A stretch of 64,000 bases of DNA from positions 18,848,001 through 18,912,000 of the forward strand of contig OX597826.1 in NCBI GenBank assembly GCA_951406725.2, given 5' to 3'. This stretch comes from Octopus vulgaris. Lineage: Eukaryota. Made by a program: the position numbers and the translations under genes. The notes under the pieces are model-generated. The model ran no database searches. It was given only the letters and a program-made list of their open reading frames with translations, and was not told the origin of the DNA. This document shows, piece by piece, positions 13,170 to 26,402 of this stretch (within the stretch, counting starts at the first letter, position 1; every line of letters starts with the position of its first letter).

Positions 13170-13485
13170 AAGTACATCAACATCAAAATAAAAATCAAAT
13201 GGAAATTGTAGTTGTGATACCTGTGTTGGTGGCACCTAAAAAGCACCATCCAAATGTGGCCGATGCCAGTGCAGCTTTGACTGGCTTCCGTGCCGGTGGC
13301 ATGTAAAATGCACCCACTAGACTCACAGAGTGGTTGGCGTTAGGAAAAGCATCCAGCTGTAGAAACACTGCCAGATCAGACTGGAGCCTGGAGCAGCCTT
13401 CTGGCTTCCCAGACCCCGGTCAAACCGTCCAACCCATGCCAGCAGGGAAAACAGACATTAAACGACGATGATGATGATGATGAGT
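13170..13485 (+). mobile_element. RTE-type LINE 3' UTR or derived short element with (GAT)n tail
   Basis: gtgccggtggca..aaa.gcacc units, ggttggcgttaggaa, aacccatgccagc, (gat)n tail. Homologous to 49280-49725. Confidence 0.75.
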
Positions 13486-13816
13486 AGTGACAGAAATAAT
13501 GTGTTTTGGGGGGGGGGGGTTTAAGTACTATAAAATGGGTCAGAAAGAAAGTCAAATTAGATACAGGAAGAGAAATCAGTGAGAGTTATACTAGGGTTAG
13601 AATACATGTAGTGTAAAGGCAGTGGTAGAAATAGACATATTGAAGTAGATGTTGCAGGATAGTATGGCAGTGGCAAAAGTATTAGAAGCAGAGAAAATGT
13701 GACATGAGAGCAATATAAATATAAAAGTCAGATTAAATATAGGCAGATAGTGAAAGCAAAAATAATGTCACACTGAATGTAGCAGAAATTTCTGCCCATA
13801 GCAGAAATGTTAGTGT

Positions 13817-14040
13817 TAAATTTAGCACTCAGATTACTCTGTCAAATGTAATGCTTATTTATTCCCATAGATTTGAATTAATCCTGCATTATCTCATAGC
13901 ATCAAAATTTCAATGGTGTCATTGTTTATTTTTAAAATGACATTGCAGGGTAGGTGTGAAAGGCTGGATCTGCCAGATTTGAATATAGAAACCGGTAGAA
14001 TATTTGGGCTGGATGTGGCAGGTTTAAATGCTAAAGGCTC
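13817..14040 (+). mobile_element. piggyBac-like MITE, degraded
   Basis: Homologous to 28585-28762, which ends aatgctaaagggTTAA. Degraded left end ttaaatttagcactc. Confidence 0.6.
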
Positions 14041-14051
14041 AGTGTATAGAA

Positions 14052-14357
14052 CAGTGGTTCTCAACCTGGATCTATGTAAGATATTTGGGGTCCAAGCAAG
14101 CAAAATGGTAAATTGGGGATCCACAGTAGTATTTTAAAAGTCCATGAAAAAAATGTTGATTTAGATGTGGTTATTGCAAAACCAGCAAGGTTTCCCTCTC
14201 TAACACTTTAGAGAGTTTTCTTGCAAACCAACTCCAGTGAATGGGTGAAAAACTAAGTAGGAATCTTGAAAGAAGTCTCTATGAAACTAGTTTTTAAACA
14301 TCAAATGGCTGTAGGGGTCAAAGGGGGCCATAAATGAAGAGTGATTGAGAAACATTG
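14052..14357. mobile_element. hAT/Charlie-like MITE
   Basis: TIRs cagtggttctcaac and attgagaaacattg. Imperfect 8-bp TSD gtatagaa/gtgtagag. Confidence 0.75.
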
Positions 14358-14527
14358 GTGTAGAGACAGAGCTGCTGCAAAAATAGGGGTCAGACTAAAT
14401 GGAAGTATAATGTAACAGTAAAATTTTTATCAGCAAAGGAGAGAGAACAATGGCAGAAATAACAGTGTTAGACAAAATATAAAATAGTATGGTGTCATTT
14501 TATATATGAATTCATATCTTGCCATAT

Positions 14528-14742
14528 CTTTTATCTTCTCTTACTTGTTTCAGTCATTTGACTGTGGCCATGCTGAGGCACCACCTTGTAGGATCTTAAT
14601 CGAACAAATTAACCACAGCCTAGTACTTATTCTATCAGTCTCCTTTGCTGAATCGCTAAGTTACAAGGACATCAACACTGGTTGTCAAGCAGTGATGGGT
14701 GACAAACACAGACACAAAGACACACACATCCGGTTTCTGTGA
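14528..14742 (-). mobile_element. SINE family A, 3' part
   Basis: ttacttgtttcagtcatttgactgtggccatgctg. Confidence 0.8.
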
Positions 14743-15643
14743 CCGAAGAGGAGATAACTACTTCTAAATGCTTGGCTCTGAGAGCTGATTTAGGTGTGTT
14801 TACACCATTTGTCTACAGTGAGAAATTTTCTCCATGACAGAACACAGTGAATGGCTTATTTGTTAGTTCAAACATGCCTTTTGTTATTGAAGAAAACAGG
14901 ACAGGGTGCATTTGAAAGAGGGTTTGCTGCTGTTTCTACCAAGTCAAGCTACTGGTAAAAGATTCTTTTGATAGTTCAGGAAATCAAAAGACCCCACATT
15001 TGTTATGAAAGTGAAAACAAGATGTAGTGAGACTTATGTTTACTGTTTTCTTCTTTATTTTTATTTCCCAAAAATATTAACTGAAAAGAAAGTTTCATAG
15101 CAATGAAAGTTGAGTTGTTGCTAAAACAATACACGTACTATTAAATTAGAGGTGTTATTATAGTGTACTGTTGGTACTGTGTGAGTTATTACAGGTGCTG
15201 AGTTAAAGGAAGCGTTCAGATAGTGTCTTTTATTCAATTACAAGAAACACATCTCATCAGCAACCTTAACCAGTTAAGCAATTGTTTATCCAGTTAAGCA
15301 ACTCTTATAACATTTCCTTCTGTTTAATAAATTGTTGCAATGTCTGTAACTATATTAATATATGTATCATACTTTAACAGCAGAATGATGGGGACTGAAT
15401 GAATAAGAAGTTGGTGGTTCAATTCCTCACAATGTCTTTATTGTTAAAAATATTATACCAGATACATTGGTCAGCTCCAAGAGAGAACTACAGGCAAAGG
15501 AAGGGAAGTTCTTTTCCTAAAGTGTTGTAAAGTTATTGACTGGTTCAGTAGATATACTTGAGAGAGGACTGAAGTCAATTTCATCTAACTGATAAATTCT
15601 GAGAATGTGAACATGAAAGAGAGCAAGAGAGAGAGAGCAAGAG

Positions 15644-15691
<48 letters not shown>

Positions 15692-16207
15692 TGTGTGAGT
15701 GTGTGTTTTGCAATTGCCATCTGCCATACTTTCTAGTTGTAGGTTGATAGCAGCTCAGACTGTTCATGTTACAGAATCTCATTGTTGACAAGTCTAGCTG
15801 TCAAAACAAACAGCTGATAGCCAAACAACCAATGGACATGAATGCTTGATTGTCTGTTTCACTTGTTTTCTCTCTGTACTTGCTGCTCTGATGAAAGACC
15901 TTATAATAGGGTTGACTGACTCTCAAACAACAATTTTGATTAGTTGGTTCATCATGACATTATCAGCTGATTTGATGTGCATTTAAAAAAGCTTAGTGGT
16001 CAGCTTTTTAATGATGTCATCAATCAATTTGATAAGAATTTTTTTTTTTAAAAAGCCATAATGGTCAATTTTTTCAGATGATATCACTAATCAATTCAAG
16101 AAGTATGGCTGCTTGTCAAAAATCTGATTGGAAATAACTGGTCCCAGTTTTAAATTTTAGACAGTGACCTGTCATCCCTTATTGAGTACATTAAAATATT
16201 AAACCTA

Positions 16208-16285
16208 CCGTATTTATTCATGTATTATGATATACAGTTTTTACCAGATTTTAAGCTTAAATATTTGGGGAGTGCATTATTCATG
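16208..16285 (+). mobile_element. Possible Tc2/pogo-like DNA transposon end remnant
   Basis: ta-ccgtatttattcatgtatta ... ggggagtgcattattcatga resembles CCGTA-type termini. Confidence 0.3.
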
Positions 16286-17067
16286 ACGACTAAATGTTAA
16301 ATGCTACATATTCTTTTCTAAATCAAGTGAAATTATCTGATGTGTAATGAAAATTAAGATCACTAATAATGTTACAGTTTGCTATAGTTGGCACAACTCA
16401 CAATTAGTGATCCTGTGGCATTACAGGCATCAACCTTCCGTATGAAAGGCTAGAATGTAACACTTTTAGCATTGAAAAATATAAATACCTTCATTGCTTG
16501 AATGTGAATGTAAAAGAAAATGCTTCTGTTCTTTCAATAGTTTTGTTAGAATGTAAATAATTTCATTATTGAAAATATAGCTTCAGTTTTTTAATTGAAG
16601 ATTAAATTATTGATAAAGGTAATGCATAATATACTATCATTATCAAAATGTGAAAATAAACTGAAAGAAATAAATTCTTCAGTTCCTGAAATACTGTAAT
16701 TATTATAATAAACCATTACTATATATACATTTTTCTACTGAAGGAACAAAAGTATTTGATAATGTATTTGAGTGAAAGTATTTGATAATTAATGTGTTTA
16801 CATTCTGTATTATATCTTTTATATCCTTCCATACAGAAGGTAGATGGCAATAATTCTACATGTTTGCCAGTAAAGTTAAATTAGTGATGTGCATTATATA
16901 TGAATGTGTGTTATACATGAATAAATATGATGTTTGTTTATTTTTACCATAAGCCATTTCAATGTTTGAATTCACATTGACTGTTAATTATATAAGTAAT
17001 ATTATGTGACCAATCAAAAACTATTAACTACAACCTATTAAATGTAGGTTTTACACATCTGGCTTAC

Positions 17068-17234
17068 GAATTCTTGTTGATCCAAGAATTGATATACATT
17101 CAGAATTCTCCATAGTTTGATCACATCTTTTAGACATAGGCATAGATGTATGAATGAGAACAGAGTGAATTTCATCTGTTCCACAGTTTTCTTGAACCAT
17201 AGCTTCTCTATTCATTGGTTAGTTTGAACTGGCC
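17068..17234 (-). other. Candidate exon of an unidentified minus-strand transcript
   Basis: Pyrimidine tract then aag acceptor (tttacactttctgtaag), donor c|gtaagc, ATG at 17215 open for 49 codons. No homology recognised. Confidence 0.25.
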
Positions 17235-17406
17235 CTTACAGAAAGTGTAAACAAGCATAGATTGATGTTAATTGTATCTTGAGGGAATGAGATCCCTTAC
17301 AAAAATCATGTCAGAATTAACCATTAAGAAAAATAAGCACATTCTAAAGACGTCTAAAGGAAAGGAACACCACAGAGGTTTTCCTAAGATTAGATTTACT
17401 ACATAA

Positions 17407-17625
17407 GGTAGGGAACTGGCAGAATTATTATCACACTGGGCAAAATGCTTAAATGTTCTGAGATTTAATGTTTTATGTTCTGAGATCAAATTCTGCTGAG
17501 ATCGACTTTGCCTTTTATACTTTCAGGGTCAATAAAATAAGTATTAGTTGAGCGGTGGGGTAGAAGTAATGATTTTACTCCTCCTCCAAATTGTTGGCCT
17601 TGTATGAAAATTTGAATCCAATATT
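17407..17625 (+). mobile_element. SINE family B, degraded
   Basis: ctggcagaatt ... gactttgccttttatactttcagggtcaataaaataagta. Confidence 0.8.
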
Positions 17626-18691
17626 AGATTTACCACAATGCAAAAGGTGCCCATGAAATAGGTCCTCACAAAAAGTATTGGAAACACTCAATTTTTCCTG
17701 TTGTTCTAATTGTAAATAAACAATTTACTTATATTGTATACTACTATTTAGTATTAAAAACAAAGAAAACAGTTTATTTTTAATAAGTTGTGAGGTAAGG
17801 CCTGGAAGAAAACTGAATTTTTAATCTATTGTTTCTGTTGTAAGGAATTAGTAATAATGGTACACCCCTCCCACATGACAAGTGGAATGAGTCAGTCTCT
17901 ATGAGTAAGGTGACATCAGCTGGTATTGAGGGAGTATGTAGAGTAAGAGAGTGTATGTTTAGACTGTGCTGTTAGTTGTGTCTGAGCTGATCTAATAATT
18001 ATACTGTGATATTGAGTGGGTATTATAACAATCCAACTTTTTTAGGATAATAATACCGTATGGCTGCTGATAGAAACATTTTATTGACGACTTCAGAATA
18101 GAACAATATCTATTGGAGTGACATCAGTCATACAAAGACAGACACAACGGTAGCAAAAGACCGCTTTATTACAGTTTCACATTCTGCTTCTGTGAAAATG
18201 GGGTACCATTCTTTGGAAGAATTGATGGAGCACCATTCTTGAATTGTATGTACGGCATCATTTGCCTTCTTACTCATTTACAAACCTAACATGAATATAA
18301 TTAGGATTAGTTTTACAGGTTCCATTAGCAATTTGAACGCTTGATTATGTATATGATGTCACTGATAAATTATATCAAATGCAGGAAGTTAAATGAGAAG
18401 TATTGCTTTGATAAGAGATTTATTGGAAATGTAAGTCATTTATTACATATGAGGAATTTGTATGAATGTTGAACATACAACAAATGCAGTAGGATTCAAG
18501 AGCCATCGTCATCCTCACAACATTTAATGCTGTGAAACACTTTATTTAGTCCAGCCATTGTCATACTCGTTTAATAAGTTGACAGCCATTACGTGTGTGT
18601 GTGTGTGTGTGTGCATGTTTATTGAGCTCCACAATGCATTATGTCAAAATTGGCTGCAATATCTAATGACATCTAATATCACACTGTGCTG

Positions 18692-18905
18692 ACGGTGGTG
18701 AGCTGCCAAAATGGTTAGCATGCCAAGTAGAATGCTCAGCAACATTTCATCTGTCTTTACATTCTGTGTTCAGATGCCAACCAGGCCCACTTTGCCTTTC
18801 ATCTTTTCAGGGTCAATAAAATAAGTACCAGTTGTGTACTGGGGTCGATGTAATTGACTTACCCCCTCTCCTGAAATTGCTGTCTTGTGCCGAAATTTGA
18901 AACCT
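18692..18905 (+). mobile_element. SINE family B
   Basis: tttgcctttcatcttttcagggtcaataaaataagtaccag. Confidence 0.82.
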
Positions 18906-20273
18906 CTCTGCTTTATTGTATTACTCTGCACTTTAGATTATTATTGTAAGAGGGAAACATTTGGATACATATTTATTTCATTGTCAAGTCCACCATGGAG
19001 TAAGGGGGGCATTATGAATAAGATAGCACTATAAAGCTTCTACAGGGGTCAAATTCCAGAAGTGGCAGTCAACGCAGTAGTGTTAGCTGACTAAATACTC
19101 GTTAATTAGCTAGCATTACTTAATAATTACAGCAGTGAAATGATACCTACTTAGAGATAGATGGACTGTGAAATTAAGAAAAGCTCTGGACTTGATATAG
19201 CACTGGTCATTGAATCATTTGGGGTATGTGGGTATTTTGAAAATATTTCATGGAGTGATGACCATGCTCTGCATAGTTATGAGATGCCCTCTGGTAAGGT
19301 ATAGCATTCATTCAGCCACCCAGTCAGGGATACAGCAAAGTCATGGGACTGCAACATGGTGGATTGTGAGTAAGTAACAGAGGAGCTCAATTGATCCAAT
19401 GGTGCTTCTTACATTGATGCTGAGCAGAGGAATCCTAGAAAATCAACCAGTGGGACCACCAAGCCCTATCAAGAGAGTAACTGCAATGCATCCATAGGGG
19501 TGGTGTTCATGGTTGTGTAATAGGTTAATGAAAGATTCGTTATGACTCGAGCTCTCAATATAAATTTATGATAATAGGATTGGATGATGACAGGGTGTCA
19601 TGGAAATTCAAGAAAGCAACAAAAAGAAAATGGTTATATATTGCAAACTTTACTGATTGGTGTTTGATACTCTATCTTCTCAGGTCTCAGATTATAAATG
19701 GTGTTTCAGAAGCCTCAATGAACCTTACTAAAAATGTTTCAAAACAAAGGAAGGTGAAAAAAAGCAAAAATCTCAATATTCTTGACTTATATAAACCATT
19801 ATGAATGTGAAATAATAAAAACAAGTTCAAGCCGAGGACTGAAACTGTGTCACAAACTTTGCTCTTTCGGGTCATCATCACGTAGAATGTCAATTTTCAC
19901 AAGGGAAGCTAGAGAGCCATCATATCTCATAGCTGTGAAACTAGAGAAATGGGAAACATGCATCTCAGAAAGTCATGCTGGCTTTAACAAAGCCTTAATT
20001 AAAATGATCATAATTAAAACTGAAAAGGAAAACAGCTTGATTGATAAGCTTTACTAATGATTAACACAAAATTATAAAGACTTTTGGAAACAGAGAGGGA
20101 TAGTGAGAAGAAGGGAAGTGAAACAGAGAGAGAGAGAGAAAGAGAGAGAGCACGAGAGGGAAAACAAGGACAGAGAGATAGATGCATACATAAATGCCAA
20201 TATGCATACATACAATCATATACATACATACACGCGCACATGCACACACAAACGCACACACTCACACATGCAT

Positions 20274-20320
<47 letters not shown>

Positions 20321-20573
20321 CACATAAACTGAGTACACAGAGGAAATGAGACAGAAAGATGGGTAGTTTTCCAAATCAAACTGACAAACAGATGGAAAAA
20401 CTAATAATATAATAATATGATGTATAATATACATATAATATAACACATTATAATATATCATGATATAATATTATATTATATTATATTTTATAATATAATA
20501 CACTTGGCTCTTGAGTCACTCTGTAGCTTCTGCTAAATTTTGATATATACATGTATATCATCATCATCATCAT

Positions 20574-20611
<38 letters not shown>

Positions 20612-20614
<3 letters not shown>

Positions 20615-21020
20615 TTAACATCTATTATCCATACTGGCATGGAGTGGGTGGTTTGACCAGAGCTTGTAAGTTGGGGAGTTGCACCAGACTTCAGTCTGAC
20701 TTGGCATGGTTTCTGTGGCTGGATTCCCTTCCTAACACCAACCCCTTTACCAAGTGTGCTGAGTGCTTTTACAAGGCATCACATGGGCACTTTTACATGG
20801 CATTGCATGGGAACTTTTCAATGACATAGCCACAAGTGCTTTACACTTTTACACTACCAGAGGGACGGGTTTTAACATATCTGCAGCAGAGTGTGGGCTT
20901 CCTTGTGTACAGCAAGGTGCCAGGCATCTCAGTCCTTTGTCATCTCACCTGAAATGTTCAACATCCTGAGGTCATTCTTCAGTACTTCATCTTATGTCTT
21001 CCTCGATCCCTGACTTCCAT
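20612..21020 (-). mobile_element. RTE-type 3' UTR element with (CAT)n tail, degraded
   Basis: Reverse complement resembles 13330-13470. (cat)n tract at 20556-20612. Confidence 0.6.
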
Positions 21021-21107
21021 GTGTTTCATCTACTTTGTGAGATCAGCCCTTCTTTATGGATCTGCCAGCATCTATCCACATCACTAACTATATATATATA
21101 TATATAT

Positions 21108-21393
21108 AATTATATCAAGGGAGCTGGAAGTGCCAATACCTTCAAAAACTACCAAAACCTTCGGCTAAAATTATACACATGGCTGAAAGCAAGCAAGTGA
21201 GAGAAAATTAAAAGACCACATGTTAATTGTGAATTGGTTCCAGTTTCTGGATTAAAGCAAAAATTTTCTCTCGCTTGCCCATTTTCAGCCATGTGTATAA
21301 TTTTAGTTGGAGTTTTTGGTTGTTTTTGAAGGCATCAGCACTTCAAGCATGATAGAGATAGGTCGTTTTCACCCTAGCTCCCTTGATATGATT
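21108..21393. mobile_element. Foldback/MITE with arms of about 100 and 130 bp inside (TA)n
   Basis: atatcaagggagct ... aaaattatacacatggctgaaa ... gagagaaaatt is mirrored at 21262-21393. Confidence 0.85.
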
Positions 21394-21529
21394 ATATATA
21401 TATATATATACGTACATTATTATTAATTCAGTGTATTAATTGCCTATAAAATTTTATAGCATGCTGACTATTTGATAACAATCATTAACATGATTTTTAT
21501 CCTTATATTCTTTTATGAATTAATAAATA

Positions 21530-21573
<44 letters not shown>

Positions 21574-22052
21574 CAATCAATATAAGGGTAACAAAAAATT
21601 CAAGAAAAATTTTCTGCCACCAGCGGTCAAGTGAGAAAATAGAAATAGTCACAGACTATATGATACGTTCAACAAAATATTAAGGAATGACCCTGAGAAG
21701 GTCGTTCGACTCACTTGAAAAGAGCAGCTAAACTCAAAACCGCAAAAAATAGTAGTGTTTATATATGTATGTATGTATGTATAGTAGTGTTTATATATGT
21801 ATGTATGTATGTATTTAAATGTGTATGGTTCATACTGTCCCAGTATATATATATATGTATATTATTCCTAATTATATAACTTCAGTAAATTGTACTTTGC
21901 TTAGATGAATTGAAATGTACTCTGTTGAGTACATTCACAAAAATGCTGTTGAGTTCTTATGAATGTTATTGTCACATGCACACACAGACATACAAATGTA
22001 AATATGCATATATTTATACATACATATATGTGAGCGCGTGTGCATATATATA

Positions 22053-22085
<33 letters not shown>

Positions 22086-22467
22086 TTATCATTTTTATCA
22101 TTTTATCTAGTTTCAGCTCATGAGCTGTGGCCATGCTGGGGCACCGCCATTCAATTTATATATAATACTTAATCATATCAAAGAGAAATGGAAATTAATT
22201 AAAATTTCCATTTCCAGTGGCCTAGCATGTAAAAATTTAGTCCAAAGATTATGTATTAGTAATAAAATACAGTGTACATTTAAACACATGAGGAATCCAC
22301 TTGTGGGATTCAACATGCTAGAATGAACAGCTAGGTTCTATAACCACAAAATTAGGGATAAAATTCGACAGGAACGAAATGAAAAAATAAAAACATTTTA
22401 CCATCTAGTTTCCTGGACCAATTGTGTTGAATCCTCATGTGTTTAAATGTACACTGTATTTTATGAC

Positions 22468-22498
<31 letters not shown>

Positions 22499-22959
22499 GT
22501 ATATATATGTATATGTGTATTATGTCATATTAGTATGTATCTTGAGCATATGCACATTTCTTTGAATAATGAGCACTCCTTACTCAGAGTACAAAGTAAC
22601 CCCATATGGTAGTGTCACAATAAAATGTATGAAATACCCTTCTGTTTAATGGTTTTTGATAGGAAGAGCAGAGAAATAATTAAGCTTGGAGGTCACAGAG
22701 ATCATCATAAAAGTAGTAATGATCTCAGCACATGTGTCTCAAGAAGGGCAGGCTGAACCCACTGGTAGACTATCCTGATAAAAGATGAAAGTGACCTGAT
22801 TATCACAGGCAATGACTTTAATGGACATACTGGCAACACCATGATGGAGATGCCTATGTAGAAGTTGGGTACAGGTAAAGTACAAGATGTGAAAAGAGAG
22901 ATAAAGTACCTTGAAGTTCTGTGGTGCAAATAACTTTTTGCAGCAACTGGCACTCTGTT

Positions 22960-23240
22960 GGTTATAAGAATAAGAGTTCCAGTTGATCTGATCAATGGAA
23001 CCACCTGCTCCCGAAATTAACATGCAGGTGGTCAGGCACGCCACAGACACGTGTACTTTTATCATAGTTCTCAGGGAGATTCAGTGTGATGAGACTGGCC
23101 CTTTGAAATACAGGTAGTACTCGTTTTTGCTGAGTAGACAGGAGCAATGTGAAATAAAGGGCACAACACACTGCCAGGAATTAAATTCATGACCTTATAA
23201 TCACGAGTCAAATACCCGAACCACTAAGCCACACACCTTC
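22960..23240 (-). mobile_element. SINE family C, degraded
   Basis: Reverse complement matches 24435-24761 (acagacacgtgtac, ggccctttgaaatacag, accactaagccac). Confidence 0.8.
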
Positions 23241-24434
23241 GCTATATTTGCTGTACTAATTTCATAGAACTGCCAGCCCCCTGAACCACCTGAATCAAGT
23301 GAAACACGCAAATTAGATGAGCTTCATATTTTTCAGGAAAGAGGATAGACAGGGATATGCTTCTTGATATGCTTCTTGACATAGACTAACGATTATTGAC
23401 ATCAGAATAAGTTCTAGATACACCCAGAGGCAAGACATTCTGAATAAGGAAGCTACGGGAACTGTATAAATGCTCGGCCAGACACAGGTTCAAAGAAATA
23501 GTAGATGTCAATAAGGAGAAGGAAGAGATAGAGACTTGAAATGAAGGTTTTTACAAAACAACTGCTGAGAACCATATATCAGATTTGTGGATAGACTCGG
23601 TTCCAATTTGATGGAAGGTAACATGGTAAGAAAATGGCATGAGAGATGGAGGCATAAAGGCTAAGATACAGTCCTGGAAAATTTAAGAAAGAAGGGGGTC
23701 AAGGAAGAATATGAGGTAGCTAGAAGAGGGGCTAACCATGAGGTATACTCAGCAAGGGGACTATTGGATATACTTAGATCCAAAAAGTGAGAGGTTTTCA
23801 ATGGGCAGATCAAAGGCTCAATGTGTTTCAGATTACAAAGCAGTGTATAAGTATTAGTGGGAAGTATTGGAGTATATACTGAGAGTAGTGCAGAAGCCTT
23901 TTATTGAAACTGAAAGAGCAGTGGAAAGGCTATGATGAGAAGCTGGTAAATGAGGAACATTCTTAGAACCAACTGAGGGGCTGACTACTTCTATTGATAA
24001 CTACATGATCAAAGTGGCTATTAAAAATATGAAAACAAGAAAAGCAACTGGACTATTAAGAATAATCATCGTTGGGGTAGTGAAAATATTGATCAAAGTA
24101 GGACTCTCGTTTGTCACATACATAATCAATCAGGTAATACAAGAAAGGGTAATTCCCAATCACTGATAAAGTAAAATCATAATACACTGCTACAAAAAAA
24201 AAAAAAAAGTAAGGCTCTAAAGAGAAATGATTCCTGGGGAATCAGACTGTTGGACTAAGTCCTGAAAATAGTTGAAAGATTTATAGCTTAACTGATTATA
24301 AAGAAAATTAGTTAAGATAAGATGCAGTTCAAGTTTGTGCCGTTGACACCTTATTCCTAACAGGATAGCTACCGAAGGAGTTCTTATTAAAGAATAAGCC
24401 ACTATACCTTGCAGTCATTTCTATACACACAAAG

Positions 24435-24761
24435 TGAGGGTGCGTGGCTTAGTGGTTAGGGCATTCGGCTCATGATCGTAAGGTTGTGAGTTCGATTCCC
24501 GGCGACGCGTTGTGTCCTTGAGCAAGACACTTTATTTCACGTTGCTCCAGTCCACTCAGCTGGCAAAAATGAGTTGTACTTGTATTTCAAAGGGTCAGCC
24601 TTGTCACTCTCTGTGTCACGCTGATTATCCCCGAGAACTACGTTAAGGGTACACGTGTCTGTGGAATGCTCAGCCATTTGCACGTTAATTTCACGAGCAA
24701 GCTGTTCCGTTGATCGTATCAGCTGGGACCCTCGTCGTCGTAACTGGCGGAGTCTTTTAAA
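24435..24761 (+). mobile_element. SINE family C (tRNA head, V/Meta-like core), young full-length copy
   Basis: A box tggcttagtgg, B box gttcgattcc, core tgtgtccttgagcaagacacttt..gctccagtccactcagctg. 12-bp TSD atacacacaaag at 24423-24434 and 24762-24773. CpGs retained. Confidence 0.92.
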
Positions 24762-25237
24762 ATACACACAAAGCACATAGCATCATGCTCTCTAGTCTGA
24801 TGGTCACTAACAAAAACCAGGCGAGTCTACTGAGAAATTTTACATGTAGGTATCCATCAGGATTTAGTTCTCAGCACCTTCAGTTTATCTTAATTCTCCA
24901 GCTCATAACAGAGGAGTTTAAGACAAGCTATCCAGATTCTGAGGATTAAGTTATAGATGACTCTGTTGAAGAATTTGTGAAGAAATTCCACAAAGTTGGA
25001 AACAAAGCCTACAATGAAGAAACTTCAAAATAAACCTGCCGAAAATTTTAGTTAAGCAGAAAAGAAGATGACCCTACGGCCTGCCAAATGGCAAGTTACC
25101 ATACTCAATATGCAGAAAAAGAATGATAGGAATTCAATATAGCATTTTCCAACTATGGTTGTAGATGAGGTATAGATGGAATACAGGCAGGCTAATATAG
25201 AAGGAAGGGCTTTTTGTGTCATAGATATACAATAATA

Positions 25238-25610
25238 GGCACAGGAGTGGCTGTGTAGTAAGTAGCTTGCTTACAAACTACATGGTTCTGGGTTCAGTCC
25301 CACTGCATGACACCTTAGACAAGTGTCTTCTACTATAGCCTCAGACCAACCAAAGCCTTATAAGTGGATTTGGTAGATGGAAACTGAAAGAAGCCATTGT
25401 ATATATATATATATGTATGTATGTATGTGTATATGTTTGTGTGTCTGTGTTTGTCCCCCCCAATATCGCTTGCCAAATAGCAGTTTGACAATAGAGACTG
25501 ATAGAATAAATACTAGGCTTACAAAGAATAAGTCCTGGAGTCAATTTGCTTGAATAAAGGCAGTGCTCCAGCATGGCCACAGTCAAATGACTGAAACACA
25601 TAAAAAAATT
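25238..25610 (+). mobile_element. SINE family A
   Basis: Collinear with 2047-2450. Confidence 0.88.
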
Positions 25611-26124
25611 TAAATAAAGAAATAAATAAAAAGTTAGCTGTGAAAGGCTCTATGAAGTAAATTCTTTCAACTACACAGACGGCTCATTAGTAATTGATAA
25701 CTTCTGTGAATTAGGCAACCTAATTAGCAATGAAAGTAGTTGCTCTGACATCATAGTAACGAGAGTAAGATCAGGGCAGAAGATTCTCATGGAACTTTTT
25801 CACTTTACTGGTAACAGCAAAAGCAAAAGTTGAAAAATCTTAAAGAATACCTAACAAAGACAAAACTTTTAATTTGTATAAAAGAAGACAGGACTCTTGT
25901 GTGCCAAATGGAAAGCAGCTGTGTGCTTGATATACAGAAGTATAAACTGAAATGCATTATAGAGTACTCAATGCAAATAGTGGGTGCAGCAGAATGATAG
26001 AGAGGCTGAGAGAGAAGAACTACTTGTGTTGCAGAGGTGCAGGATTTCAAATATTTGGAAGTAGCTGATGGTTTCCATCATCTTGGTGACTATAGTCAGT
26101 CATTCTAAAAATATAACTAGCACT

Positions 26125-26402
26125 TCGTTGGTTATAATTAATCCAATCAATGGAACGGCCTGCTCATGAAATTACTATGCAAGTGACTGAGCACTCCACA
26201 GGCACATGTACTCTAAGTGATATTCAGGATTACACAGATTGTGACAAGGCTGTCCTTTTGAATTGCAGGTTCTTCTCATTTTTGCCAGCTGAGTGGATTG
26301 GAGTAATGTGAAATAATGTGTTGCTCAAGGACATTTCGTCAGGAATTGAACTCATCACCTTGCAATCATGAGTTCAATAACCTAACAACTAAAACACAGA
26401 CT
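26125..26402 (-). mobile_element. SINE family C, degraded
   Basis: tttgccagctgagtggattggag ... tgctcaaggaca. Confidence 0.8.

Noticed and set aside
15885-15925. Hammerhead (ctgatgaaagacc..agggttga)
   Set aside because: No GAAA, stem III or stem I.
24435-24510. tRNA gene
   Set aside because: A and B boxes are present, but the sequence runs into a SINE body with a TSD and has other copies in the window.
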